NCBI RefSeq assembly: GCF_009914755.1
Contig: NC_060942.1
Reading direction: 5' to 3' (one strand)
DNA from: the human T2T-CHM13v2.0 reference genome, Homo sapiens
Length of the DNA stretch: 64,000 nucleotides
Shown here piece after piece: positions 1-16,150 of this stretch; positions within the stretch are counted from its first letter, which is position 1; each line of letters starts with the position of its first letter. Made by a program: the position numbers and the translations under genes. Below the pieces are notes generated by a model. The model had not been told where the DNA came from and did no database searches. It was given only the letters and a program-made list of their open reading frames with translations.

Positions 1-2
1 CA

Positions 3-623
<621 letters not shown>

Positions 624-2344
624 TTACAGTTCTACTAGAAGCTGCCCTTTCAGGTACATTTCTGGTTTCAGCCACTGTTGACAGGGTCCTTGAAGGGTCC
701 AGAAAGAGACTTACGAGGTCCAGGTGAATCTGGATAGCAAAATTTCCTGGCATGTTTTGGAAAGACACGTGGTTCATGGCAGTTACTTCACTCCAGGCTG
801 GAATTCCTGCTCTCTGTGGATAGTGTTCTCTTCTTCCTTTATATTTATACTTATTTCTCTTTCATTTGCAACCCAGTACAGTACCTTTATTAAAATTCAA
901 CAGTCATCATGGCTGTGGAGTGAAACAGCAAAACAGTTATTACTCTGAGTTTCCCTCCTCAGAAATCATTTAGGAATGGCAAATTGCAAAACTTCCTTGG
1001 GTCATAGATGTCTCCTAAAGGAGGGCAATACTTAATAACATAGTTTTATACATGGAAACATAATGAAATTTCCTAAGTAATTTGCAAGGCTGCTGTAACA
1101 CTATCATGCACATAGTCACATTTATTTTAAAATAATGCTTTGTTTTATAGAGCACTAAGAGGAACTCAGAATAAGGAGACTGAACTTCTAACATTATTAA
1201 AATGTGGCTCCAATTACAGTTAACAAAAGATATTTTCCCTGCTGAAGGAACTGCCTTATAGTGACAGTGACCACCTTTCTATAGTGCTATAGAAAGAGAG
1301 ACACTCTTTCCTCTGAGATAATGAAGGCTGGAGAGGAATACAGATTTTATACATTTCCAAATTGTTTCCCACACAAGACAGCCAAGGAGCGTAAGTAGTA
1401 GATTCTCCTTTTCCTGTATCAGAAATCAACTTACTAATCCTAGCAACAAAATAGCTCACATTTCATAGGCACTTGATACTACTGTGACAAGTGCCTCATA
1501 CACACCATCCCACTGAATCCTCTCTGCAGACAGGAAGTGCCTGTTAACCATTGAGCTAGGGCTGAGCTCCTCTCCAGGATTCATTCCTTTTGTGCTTCAG
1601 AGCATCCTGGAGGCTGGAGGCTTGCTCCTCAGTGGCTTCAGGAGCAGAGGCCTCTCCTAGGTCCTAGGAGTCTGCCATGGGGGCTTCTTCCAGGGCTTCT
1701 TTGCCCAGGACCAAGAAAATCTTCATCGAATTGGACAGTATGAAGATCCTTGGTCCCCTTTCCTAGAACTGTTTACAGGGAAGGCTTTGAGTGAACGTGA
1801 AGATTGCAATCAGCTGATGACTAAATTAGAGGAGCAGAAAGGAGGCATTAAGTAGAGACGTTTGTGATAGGATAAGACTCTGAAACAGCAACTTCTGATG
1901 ATGCTGTTCTCAGTAAATTTCCTTCTCACCTCATAGCCTTTCTATCACTCAAGTCATGAGCCTGAAGTGGGTATTGTTTCAAGGGACAGAAAAGCTTAGA
2001 GTTTTTCCAAATAGTTTTTTTAACCACATAGTGGGAACAATAGTCTTTAAAACCAATATTTTAAAAATTCCAATAGAACGTTTATCTTTTTAAATAGTGG
2101 GCTTTTTGAGAAATTTCCTCATTCCTTTCCTTTCTTTTCTTGAGTTATAAAAATTCATCTTTGAAAATTCAAAGCTGACATCTGAAGGATCTCAAATACA
2201 AAGTTCATAGCATAAACAATAGTTAGTGGGGAAAATGCATGCTAGCATGAGTTAAAGTGTGACCGGCTAGTAGAATGAGAAAACTAGAAAACGGGAAGGC
2301 AGGTGACTAAAGCTTAGGAGCTGGTGGCTTTCTGAGCAGGCACC

Positions 2345-3565
2345 ATTAGATGCCTGCCCAATAGCAGTTCTCTCTTTTTGAAACCAGTCATTGTAATCCA
2401 ACTCCTTCTCTTTTTATTACCTACTTACATTTCCAGCCTCATTTGTTGCTAGGATGAATGGCCAAGAGATCCAGTTATTAGCAATGAGAACAAAGGAAAA
2501 AATGACCTGGAAAGCATTTGGGAAAGACTTTGCTCCTGATAAAAGGAAAGCCCTTTCCCCCTTGCCATTTTCTTCCTGACTTCAATGCAGTTGTGTAAGA
2601 AAGTGATGCTTGAAGCTGCACGGTTTGGAAATCATGAGATAATAAAGCAAAAAATGAAATGCAAGCACATTGAGAATGGCAGGTGTGGTAGACAGACTAA
2701 TGTTCTCCAAAGATGGCCATGTTCTATCCCTGAAACCTGTGACTATGTTATGTTGCCTGGCATGGGGGAATTAAGATTGCAGATGGAATTAAGGTTGCTA
2801 ATTAACTAACTTTAAAAATAAGAAATTATCTTGGATAATCCTGGTGGGTCCAGTGTAAGCACAGGGTCTTTAAATGGAAGAGGGAGGCAGAAGAAGAGGT
2901 TGGAGTCAGAGAAACGAATGTGCTACATTGCTGGACGTGAAGGTGGAAGAAGGGGCCATGAGCCATGGAATGTAGGCGATCTCTAGAAGCTGGAAAAGAC
3001 AAGGAAACAGATTCTCTCATGTAGCCTCTAGAAGGCTCCAAGGCTGTTGGCACAGCCCTGACAACACCTTTGTTTTAGCCAAGTTAGACCATTTTACACT
3101 TCTAACTTCTAGAACTGTAAAACAATAAATTCATGCTGTTTTAAGTCACCACGTTTGTGGTAATTTGTAACAGCAGCAGTAGGAAATGAATACAGCCACT
3201 CAAGGGCAAAACACCTCCCAGCCCCCCATGCAGCAAGGTGTGACCATGTGTGTAAGTAACTTCCCACTCATATCCTGAAAAGAAAGCTCCTTGCTCTCAG
3301 CTTACATTTTATTTCTATAAAGTAGAAAATGGTCATGCAAATGATTGGCCTATTTCTACCTGGTAGATGTGAACAACCCTGTAGGGGTTGGCTGAAGCCA
3401 CAGATAGAATAACCTGGATCCCTGAATAATAGTAAGTTGCAGAGACACATACACTCCTTGTTCACCCACCTACTGAGACTTTCACACCAAGGGGAAATAA
3501 ACTCTCTGTCTTGTTTAAGTCACTGTTATTTAGCATGTACAGAAGTCTTGTAGCTAATATCCTGT
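2345..3565 (+). mobile_element. Old MaLR LTR (MLT1I/J-like), interrupted by MLT1D
   Basis: Degenerate MLT1 3' end (aaataaactctctgtcttgtttaagtcactgttatt, ~3495-3535). Boundaries approximate. Confidence 0.45.
2684..3194 (+). mobile_element. MLT1D solo LTR (MaLR)
   Basis: Starts tgtggtagacag; internal ctagaagctggaaaagacaaggaaacagattctc; ends ttgtaacagcagcagtaggaaatgaataca. Confidence 0.85.
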
Positions 3566-4039
3566 ATTTCTCTTGGAAACATAGAATTGAGCAGACAAAA
3601 AAATCAGCAAAAATTTAGAAGATTTGAACAATTCAATTAATAAACTGGATTTCTATACAGAATATAGAATATATATTTAATATATACAGAATATACAGAA
3701 TACTGCACCCAACAACTGCTGAATACATTTTCTTTTCAAGGACGCATGGAATCTTCACCAAAACTGACCATATGCTGGGCTCTAAAGTAAGTCTCAACAA
3801 ATCTCACAGGGTTGAAAATCATACACAATTTTCACAGGATTAAAATTATACAGAATGTTTGCTTACCACAATGCAATTAAGCTAGAAATTAATTACAAAA
3901 TTACAAAAAGACAACTTTAAAAATATTCTTATGTTTGGAGATTATAAAATATATTTCTAAATAATCCATGTGTCCAAAAATAATTTACAATGAATATTAT
4001 AAAACATTTTAAATTAAATGGTGATATCTTGAATCACCA

Positions 4040-4200
4040 AGAGTAGATTTTAAATGTTCTCACCACAGTGATAAGTATGTAAGGTAATGAGTATGTTAAT
4101 TAGCTTGATTTAGCCATTCTACAATGTATACATATTTCAAAACATCACGTGGTACATGATGAATATATCCAATTTATTTGTCAATTTAAAGTAATTTAAA
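4040..4200 (+). mobile_element. L1MA9/10-like 3' end fragment
   Basis: gagtagattttaaatgttctcaccac...tatgttaattagcttgatttagccattc matches the L1MA 3' UTR. Confidence 0.75.
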
Positions 4201-4394
4201 TATAAATTAAAAATACTAAAATGAATAACAATTAACTCCCAATTAAAATAAGTAAATGGTAGTAAAATACTACACATTAAAATGTAAGATGTAGCTAAGG
4301 CAGTACTGAAAAGAAAACTTGTAATCTTTAGTGCATAAAAGGTGAAAATTAACAAAGAAAGCATTCATTTCAAAAGGTTAGAAAAGGCACAATA

Positions 4395-4737
<343 letters not shown>

Positions 4738-4817
4738 TTAGAAATAAAATAAAAACAATAAAAAAAGAAAACATACAATAAAATGATAAATACAATAAAA
4801 ATGTATTACATTTTTAT

Positions 4818-4890
4818 TGTAATACAATACATAATGTATATGTGTATGTAATACAATACATAATGTAATGTGTATGTAATACAATACATA
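4818..4890. repeat. AT-rich minisatellite, ~29-bp unit x2.5
   Basis: gtaatacaatacataatgta(t)atgtgtat repeated. Confidence 0.8.
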
Positions 4891-4988
4891 CAATAAAAAT
4901 GATAACAAAGCTATAGTTCTTTCAAAGACATCCAATCAATAAACCACTGGTGAGACCCTTCAAGAAAAAAAGAGAAGACACAATTAAT

Positions 4989-5958
4989 AAGAGTGACTGT
5001 AATTTATGTCTACACCAGGGCATGTTTACACTGAGAAAGGCCACTGAATGTAATTATATACTTTTTTGAAACCTTTATTAATTAACAAATTAATTTTATT
5101 ATACCAGTGAACCTATAAAATACTTTTATTCAAAAACTATTCTCAAAAATTCTTTTTTAAAAAATAAAAAGAGTATGTATAGCAAAGCAGTCACTGAATT
5201 TTTTTGACAGGTGCATTTTTTTCAACATGATCATATTATTTTTAGCACCTATATAAAATTGCCTGCAATCCTTTTTTAAAGCTGGAAGAAGCTTTGAAGG
5301 AGCTTCAAAGCTTCCTCAGCTATGATCAATTTATAGTTGGATTGGGTTGGGTTCTTTCGGAAACAGATTCTGAGATGAAGTTGACCGAGCAGTCTGTTTG
5401 AGGAATGTCTTTGGGATCAATGTGTGCGGGAGGAAAAGGAAGGAAAGGTGAGAGAGCAAAGGGCCGGATGGGCTGTGATACAACCCAATGGCAGCCTTAA
5501 TCAACCCCACAGGGAACTCTGCTATTAAAATGACCTGTCAGAGTTGTCCTGTTTGTGCCACAATGTCCAGATCTTTACCCCCCCACCAGTTGTTGAATAT
5601 GGACCACTGGAGGAAGAACAGGACCTTAGGCAAGGCAGCCCTCCAGCTGAGAGAGGCCCTGAAAGCATTGTATCTGTCACCAGCCCTGTGGCCAAAAGTC
5701 GTGATGGAAGCTGCTCAGTGCACATGTGTCTTATACGCTACTAGGCCACATCATGGCTGAAGCCTGAATGAATTCCAAAGTGAAAATTGACCAAAACCAT
5801 TATGGCTTATTTAAATTCAACTATTGATGATAGTTAAATTTTGTTTCTCTAGGGAAAAATGCTAAACTAAATAGGATGCCAGGAAAATAGATATAAACTG
5901 GGACTGTCCCATACACATCAGGTCCATTTCAGGCAAATCGAGATGTATGATAGCCCTA
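4989..5958. mobile_element. hAT-Blackjack DNA transposon derivative (MER94/BLACKJACK-like termini with internal sequence)
   Basis: Left end aagagtgactgtaatttatgtc and right end taaactgggactgtccc...caggcaaatcgagatgtatgatagcccta resemble MER94 termini. The host L1 resumes in register after it. Confidence 0.6.
5338..5725 (-). mobile_element. LTR16A-like ERVL solo LTR inside the Blackjack element
   Basis: ggaaacagattctgagatg...ccccacagggaactctg...tcagagttgtcc...accttaggcaaggcagcc matches reverse LTR16A. Confidence 0.7.
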
Positions 5959-6846
5959 TGAATAACTGGCATTAGAAATGAGAATGGAGACATGGTTACA
6001 GATTGGCAGAGATTAAAAGAATAACAATTTGAAATTTAGAAATATTCATTTGAAATTCCTTGAAAATACAATTTTCCAATTTACTGATAGAAGTAGAAAT
6101 AGGAAACATTAAATGCCCAATACTGCTAAGGAAATTGAATCTATAATTTTAAATCATCCCCCCACCCCACAAAAACTACAAGCCTAGATAGTTTCACTAA
6201 TGAAATCTTCCCGAACATTTAAAGAGGAAATAGTGCCAACCTCAAACATTCTTACAGATGTTAGAAAAATAGAAAATATTCTCATTCTTATTTTATAAGG
6301 CCAGGATAACCCTGAAATGCCAAAAGCTAATAAAAACATTACAAAAAAAAGAAAAAAATGGCAAGGTAATTTCACTAATGAATACAGTTACAAAAATCTA
6401 AATAAAATATTAGCAAAATCCCTCAGCAATACATACAACATGATGAAATGGGTTCATTCCAGGAATGCAAGGTTTACTTAATACTATTGGAAAATTATTA
6501 AATGCAATCCACTATATTAACAAAACAAAGAAGAAAAATCATATGATTTAATAGATACAGAAAAGGCATTTAATAAAATCAAATCTCTATCTATGTTGAA
6601 AAGAAAAAACCAACCTCTTAGCAAACTAGAAATAGAAGGAAAAATCCTTAATACAATAAAGAGTATTCACAAAAGACCCACAGCAAACATTACCTTTAAT
6701 AATGAGATGATCAAGCTTTCTTCTAGACATGGGAAACAAGACAAGGATCTGAGAAACAAGACAAGGATTCCACTGTTACTACCTATACTCAACATTGTCT
6801 TAGAGATCCTGGCAGAGACAAAGGCAAGGAAAAAATTTAAAAGCTA

Positions 6847-7199
<353 letters not shown>

Positions 7200-7355
7200 C
7201 TATAGATAAATTAAGAGCTTTAACAAGTTCAATATACAACAAGCAACTGCATTTTTACATTTCAGCAACAGGTTGGGAAGTAAAAAAAATTTCCTTTAAA
7301 TAGTCATTAGAAATTAAACACCTAAAGCATGTAACAAAAGATAGGCATGACTTCT

Positions 7356-9867
<2,512 letters not shown>

Positions 9868-9889
9868 GAACAGAGCCTATAAAACAATA

Positions 9890-10980
9890 TTTATGGAGAA
9901 AATTATTGAGAAACCAGTAAAAAAAATTTACTGAAACACATTAAAGAAGACCTAAATAACTGGAGTGAATTCCATATTCATGGACTGATTATAACTTAAT
10001 TGTAACCTATCGTAACCTAATATTGTAAAAATGGCAATTTTTCCCAAATTAACTTGTAGACTTAATGTAATCCCAATAAAAATTGAAACACTTTTTATGG
10101 AAATTGAAAAATGAATACTAACATTTATATGGAAATACAGAGTTAAGAAGAGCAAAGACACTCTTGAAAGGAGAATGTAGGTGATAAGACTTGCTCTACT
10201 GGTTATCAAGATTCATTAAACGGGCCAGGCGTGGTGACTCACGCTTGCAATCCTAGTACTTTGGAAGGCTGAGGCAGGAGGATTGCTTGAGCCCAGGAGT
10301 TTTAAACAGGCGTGGGCAACAAAGAGAGACCCTGTCTCTAAAAAAAGTTTTTAAAAATTAGCCAGACATGGTGGCATGCACCTGTGGTCCCAGCTACGTG
10401 GGAGGTTGAGGCCGGAGGACTGCTTAAGCCCAGGAGGTTGAGCCATATTTGTGCCATTGCACTCCAGCTTGGGCAAAAGAGTGAGACCCTGTTATCTCAA
10501 AAAAAAAAAAAAAAAAAAAAAAAAGAAGATTCATTGATTCATTAAAAGGTTGTAATAACTAAAAAAGTATGGTGTTAATGTAAGACAAATAAACATACCA
10601 ATGGAAGAAATTAAAGGTACCAGGAAAAGATTCATACATACATGGGTGGCTTGACATGTGACACAAAGATCTTTGCAGAAGAGTGGGAGAAAGTTTTTTT
10701 TTCAATAAATGATGCTGAATCAATTATCTAAATGGAAAATGGAAAATAAAATTGACCCCTACTTCATACCATACACAAAATCATTTTCAAGTTAATTATA
10801 AACCTAATTGTAAAAAGCAAAATATTAAAGATGATGGAATATAATATAAAAACATTTTCAAGATATTGGGATAGGGAGAGATTTTAGAAATATGACACTA
10901 AAACTCTAATCTCAAAGGGAAAGAAAAAATGATAAATTCAGCTTATTAAAAATTGGGATTTTTATTTATCAAAAGACATG
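9890..10980 (+). mobile_element. Continuation of the old L1M ORF2 remnant
   Basis: attaaagaagacctaaataactgg...aatcccaataaaaatt is degenerate ORF2. Confidence 0.75.
10223..10524 (+). mobile_element. AluJ
   Basis: J-type ggattgcttgagcccaggag; long poly(A); TSD aagattcatt. Confidence 0.9.
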
Positions 10981-10989
10981 CAAATGTGG

Positions 10990-11370
10990 AATTCCAGGAT
11001 GTTAGCTGTGCAACAAATGAAAAAGTAGTCTCAATTTGAGCAGTAGCACTGAGAATAACTCCAGTAATTTTTCAGAAGGAGAATTATTGGAGAATTCAGA
11101 CTTGTTTAACAATATTGAGAGGACCATACAGCTTCAGTAGAGATTTTAAGCATTAATTTTGATAAGTACCTAGAAAACTAAGCAAAAAAATAAAGCAAGG
11201 TTATGATTTTTCAGGAGCAAAAACACAGAAGGATGTTTCCAGACAAGGAAAAATAATTATACAATACAATCTACCTGGTTCATTTGTGAAAAAATTTGCA
11301 AAATCATACTATGATGAAGACATATCATTACATTGTATTGCAACTGTATGTTAGAGGAAGAGGATGAACT
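10990..11370 (+). mobile_element. HAL1-like fragment
   Basis: atctacctggttcatttgtgaaaaaatttgcaaaatcata resembles the HAL1 3' region. Confidence 0.5.
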
Positions 11371-11418
11371 AAATTCCCGTTTTCTGAGGTAGTATTATAG
11401 TATTCTTTGCCTTCTTCT

Positions 11419-11432
11419 CCACAAGAGGGCGC
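11419..11432 (+). promoter_or_regulatory. CTCF core motif (CCACAAGAGGGCGC)
   Basis: Near-consensus CTCF core in non-repeat DNA, retaining its CpG in a CpG-poor region. Confidence 0.6.
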
Positions 11433-11634
11433 AAGGTGAATGAACCTTTCCTTTTGTGGCCTGGTCTTCATACTCTGCCGTTGGCATTTCAATCTAATCC
11501 ACAAGTATTTTCAAAGCAATGGCTCTTTTCAACTTGAAAAGTGGAAAAGTGGTCTGTAATGGTCTGTAACCACCTTTCAGACCCTAAGCCTGGGTCTAGG
11601 AGAGCATTTCCGATTGAGCTTGTCTGCTATGCAA

Positions 11635-11850
11635 TGCACTGGCGTAATGGAAATCATGCCAGACCAGGGGTCATCTAGCATGGACTGTCCTGCTGAGGCT
11701 GTCCCCTCCTGGCCAGGGCATCTGAGGCAAGTGAGTTGGCCTCTTGGAGTCTCAGTTTCCTCATCTGTAACATAAAGGCAATTAGAGTAATCACCTCATA
11801 GGATTGTCCTGGGAAATAAATGAGGTAGAGTTCCCTAAGTGTCTAAGAAA
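11635..11850 (+). mobile_element. MIR
   Basis: Core ctcagtttcctcatctgtaa...cacctcataggattgt...aaatgag. Confidence 0.85.
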
Positions 11851-13729
11851 TATTTTATATGTAAATTTTTACATATAAAATTACATATATTTTATATGTA
11901 AAAAAAGTAACTATTATTATTTTTACTATTAATTCCTTATCTGTGAAACTCTAGAGGGATTGCCAAGGGGGGACTGAGTGACCTCCAAGAGTCTCCTCCA
12001 AGATCTTTTTTCTGAGTTTGTCAATGACTTACCATGCATGCTGGTCATTTTCTATAATCTATCTGTAAAGCTTCAGAAAAGAAGAGGAGACCTCTGAAGA
12101 GGAGGGACACGCTGTTCCCAGGAATCTGCTCCAGCAGATTTTCTGTCCTGCTGGGCCCTGTACCCGCCCTCCATGCCTGCTGTGTGCTGTGGGGCTGGAA
12201 GTATGTGGCCAACACATCCCACAGTTTTGGTCCTGGTCTCAGCTTGGTCCTGCCAGCAGTGGAGAACAGAGGCGGCTTTGGTTTAGTGCTGTCCATGCTG
12301 GCCACAGCAGCAGCCTCTGGCTCCCGGGGCAACGGGTAGCTGGTGTAGGCTTGGGGCCAGCCGGGTCGGTAATGACTTCTTCATCTCTAGTTAACCCTCC
12401 TCTATTTTCCCCCTCTGGCACCCCTCCAGCCACACCCACCAGCCATTGCAATACCTTGGTAAATAGTTCTTTGCCCTGAATCCTTCTCTGCTTGAAAGAA
12501 CAAGTGGTTTCTGTTCTCAGACTGCACCTTGATTGATGGGTGCAGGGGCTTCACCATCTGGAAAGCTCTCCCCAGGCAAGTGGGGTGCACAGCCCAGCCA
12601 AACCACAGTCATCATCACCACCTCTTCTCACATGCAGGTTTCTAGACATTAATATGAGCCAGGGGGCACCATACGGGTGTTATTTGTATACACCTGGTGT
12701 ATACAAATATATTCATTTCTATTGTGGTGTAAAATCCCATACAGCCTGCAATGGGGCAGCCTTTCTGGGCCTGAGGAGTGGGTCGAACCTTTGCTAATGT
12801 TAAATTATCAGGTTGTGTATTCCCCTTTAGGATGAGTGTTTCCTTGCTTTCTGCTGCCTTCCTGCTTTAGAAGCACAGCAGCCATGAAGCACTAAACTTC
12901 ATCGCGCACACAACCAGGCACTGCAGGATTTTGAAAGGGTGCTGAAGGATAGATACGGGCTGATTCCCAAGTCATGCTCGAGACTCCCTTATGAAGGAGG
13001 CTGCCAAAGACTGGTTTTGTGACCCTAGCTGGCCTCCTATCTTTGACCTAGAAAGAGGTTTCAAAGGCTGAGAAAAGGCTAGTGGTGAGAAGGTTTTTGA
13101 GAGGGTTGCTGGGAGGGGCCTGCATGATACCTTGAGGGGCAAAGGGAACGTGGGAGTGTTTCCCAAGGACCTGATTTGGGCGGCTCCACTGAGAAAGCTG
13201 GCTGGGGTCATTTGATATCCCACCCAAGAGAGCTGCCTGAAGAGCAAAACTCCGCAGCACAGTAAGTCTGAGGCTCCTTCATCATATAAAGGCTCAGGAA
13301 GGTGTCTTGAGTGACCAGCTGGAAAGAGAGCCCCAGAGACTAAGGAGTCTCTGAAAAAAACCTACGAAGTTCCTTACAGGGAGGAAAGAACTTGCTTCAG
13401 AGAGGGCTGATTCCAGATCATCACAAAGTTCCAAGTTATGTGAGAATCCTGCTGCCCCACCCTCCTTAGCTCCACCCTGGGTGTGGCCAAAACCCACAGC
13501 AAAGGGTGGAGCTGAAGAAACAAAAGAGCTTGGAGAAGAAAAGAGAGAAATGTATCAGGACGCGTCTCCCTGCAGGTGGCTGGTCTGCAGTGGGTGCCTG
13601 CCATGCAGAGGAGGGAAAAGGGAAGAACTAACCCCACTGTAGGGGAAATGAATGATGCTTTCTCATCACTTTCCATGAAGCCCCTTTGCTCCACATAAAG
13701 GCCAGGCTGGCAACGCATGCTGAGGTTTA

Positions 13730-14600
13730 GAGTTCATGGGGTGGCTAGGAGGGGTGGCAATGGCTTTGGGCTTTATTGTGGTTCAAGATCCTGAGCCCAA
13801 GAGGGTTCCAGCACCACCCCTAGGAGTGAGGGACTTTGCTTCTACCTTTCTCCAGGAACAGTGGGTCTCTGCAGAGCTTGAGGTGGGTGGGAGAGAGGAT
13901 TTGAGAAAGGGGAGGGTGGAAGTAGACCATTTAGGGGAGGAGTGTGAACTTGTCCAAGGATTGTGGTGAGCCTGCAGGGTAGGGCTGCTGCTCATCTGAC
14001 ATTTCGGAAGGGTCTTCCTGGCTGTGACGTTGCTGTCCCTCAGCACCTGCTCCTCAGGTCTGATGGGGTTGATGGTTCTGGTTAACCAGTGCTGACGTTT
14101 CGCCCCAGTGAAGACAAAGTATGCAAAGTAGGTAAGGTCATTGGAAAGCAAGTGGGGCTAGCCCAATGAGGAAGAAAGTGAGACGTTGGCCCTACAGACC
14201 ACGCCCAGTGAATGGAGGAGTTGGAGCCAGGATTCTATAGTGAGCAAGAACCATGGGGGCTTATGATGACCGAGCTTCAGGCTCCCAAGCAAGCTGTTGA
14301 AGGTGGTGCATTTACTTGTGAAGTTAGGCTGTGGGTGTCAGTAGCTGAGGTGTTGAGGAGGGAGAGGATGGTTGTCAACATGATAGAGGACTGGGAACCA
14401 GAGTGTGTGGTGCATCTACGGTGCTGAAGTGACAGAAGGTGGAGAGGAGCAGGTTGGTCAGGTGCGAGTCACCATGCAATGAGGAGGAGGAGATGGAAGG
14501 GGGTAGAGTCACCAAGTGGAGGGTCATGCGCGGTGAGGTTTTCAGAAAGCTCGACTGGGAGGGAGGAGAAATGGATCAGAAAGGGATTTGGATGGTTGGA
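13730..14600 (-). mobile_element. Degenerate L2 fragments
   Basis: GA-rich sequence with L2-like motifs (tgctgaagtgacagaaggtggagagg). Weak match, boundaries uncertain. Confidence 0.35.
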
Positions 14601-14625
14601 ATGACCGGAATTATCTGATTACTAA

Positions 14626-14634
14626 GCGCGTGCG

Positions 14635-14702
<68 letters not shown>
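14626..14702. repeat. Compound microsatellite gcgcgtgcgc-(TC)n-(CA)n
   Basis: Directly visible; the (CA)n part is Z-DNA-prone. Confidence 0.95.
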
Positions 14703-14703
<1 letters not shown>

Positions 14704-15019
14704 CCTGAGCTGACCAGGGCCTGGACCATTACTCAGCCCAGACAGACTGACCCTCCTAATGCTCCAGGTCACAAATGCCCTCCAAGGGCTCTTGGGCTGG
14801 GAAGTGCTGCAGAAGTAGACAGGGAGGGCCTGAAGTATTCTCCCTCAGCCGTCCCTCCTTTATTTAAAGTACAGAATTATTTGCTTGGTGCAGGGGCTAG
14901 GAAGGTGCCATACCAGGAATCTCTAGTGGCATTTTGTGGCTCATGGGTGGCTTAGGCTGGGGTGAGCCTCGGCAATGGCACCCCTCTGCAGTAATCCTCA
15001 CCCTCCTGCAGGAACTTCA

Positions 15020-15320
15020 GACAAACTTCAGTTCACAAATACTCATCGAGTGCTCATGGTCGGGGAGGTGCTTTGCTGGATGCCTTGAGGGATCAGCCCT
15101 GCCTCCGAGAAGTTTCCAGACCTACAGAAGACAGAAGGCTTGTCTAAGAGTCACCTGAGTCACACAGTGTGAAGTGTGAATATTCACACATAAGGGATGC
15201 ACAGGGGTTGGTGGAAGACTTCCTGGGAAAGGCAGCTTCAAGCTGAGCTGGGAAGGAGGGTAAAGTCTTGACAGAAAGGGAGAAGATTTCCAGGCTGAGA
15301 CTGGCAATTGGACAAAATTG
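15020..15320 (-). mobile_element. L2 3' end
   Basis: ttcacaaatactcatcgagtgc...cagccctgcctc, a typical reverse L2 tail. Confidence 0.6.
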
Positions 15321-15659
15321 TAGTTAATAGGTTCTGGTGATTAAACCCGCCATAGGAGGATAGTGTCTTCTGCTGCTTGTCTGTATTACACACATGTGTG
15401 TAAGCAAATTGGAACCAACACATCTGCATGGTTCTTTTCCCACAGTGGAGGAGAGTTTCAATATGTTAATGTCATATTCCTCTTAGCAATGTTGAGACAG
15501 TGAAATCTTATTCAGCATTCTGGTTTGACATATTGCTCTGTGCTTGCATGGAATATCAGATGTGATCATAATTTGTAGACAAGAATCTTGCCTATTTTAC
15601 ATTTTCTGTATTCTGTGCAGTAGGCATGTCCTTAGTGACCCCATTCTCTTCTAGCTGAC

Positions 15660-16150
15660 TTCATTCTCTTCCCTCCTGTTTTGTTGAAGGTCCTGGGGGC
15701 TCTGTCCTCACTCCTTTTTCTTCTTTCAGGAGAACCTTTGACTCCCATGGCTTTGATGACTCCTCTCCTGTTGGAGGATTGGGAGTGAAGAAGGAGAAGA
15801 CTCTGTAAATCAGGGGAGTGTGTCAGGCCTTGAGTTAGACACTAAAGGTTTGTTGAGGACGGAGAGAGTGAAAGAGTGGCAGAGAAGCAAAAAACAAAGG
15901 TGGGGTCTGCTGCAGCAGATGCAGCTGGTGCAAGCAGGAGGAGGCCTGAAGGTGATTGCAGGGGCCAAGGAGAGATGCTGTGAAAGGCTGGGGATAGGAA
16001 GTAAAAGCCAGATTGCAGCTGGGCCAGGTGTGAGAACAAGGAGGAAGCAAGTTTTTTTTTTTCAAGAAATCTGGACAAGAAAGGGCAGGAAGAGATGGGG
16101 CAATAACTGCAGAGGGAGTGTTCTTATGATGAATGAGGCTTGAGCATGAC
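15660..16150. mobile_element. L2 fragments in both orientations
   Basis: ggctctgtcctc...ctcccatggcttt (+) and ttttcaagaaatctgg...aggaagagatggggcaataactg (-). Confidence 0.5.
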
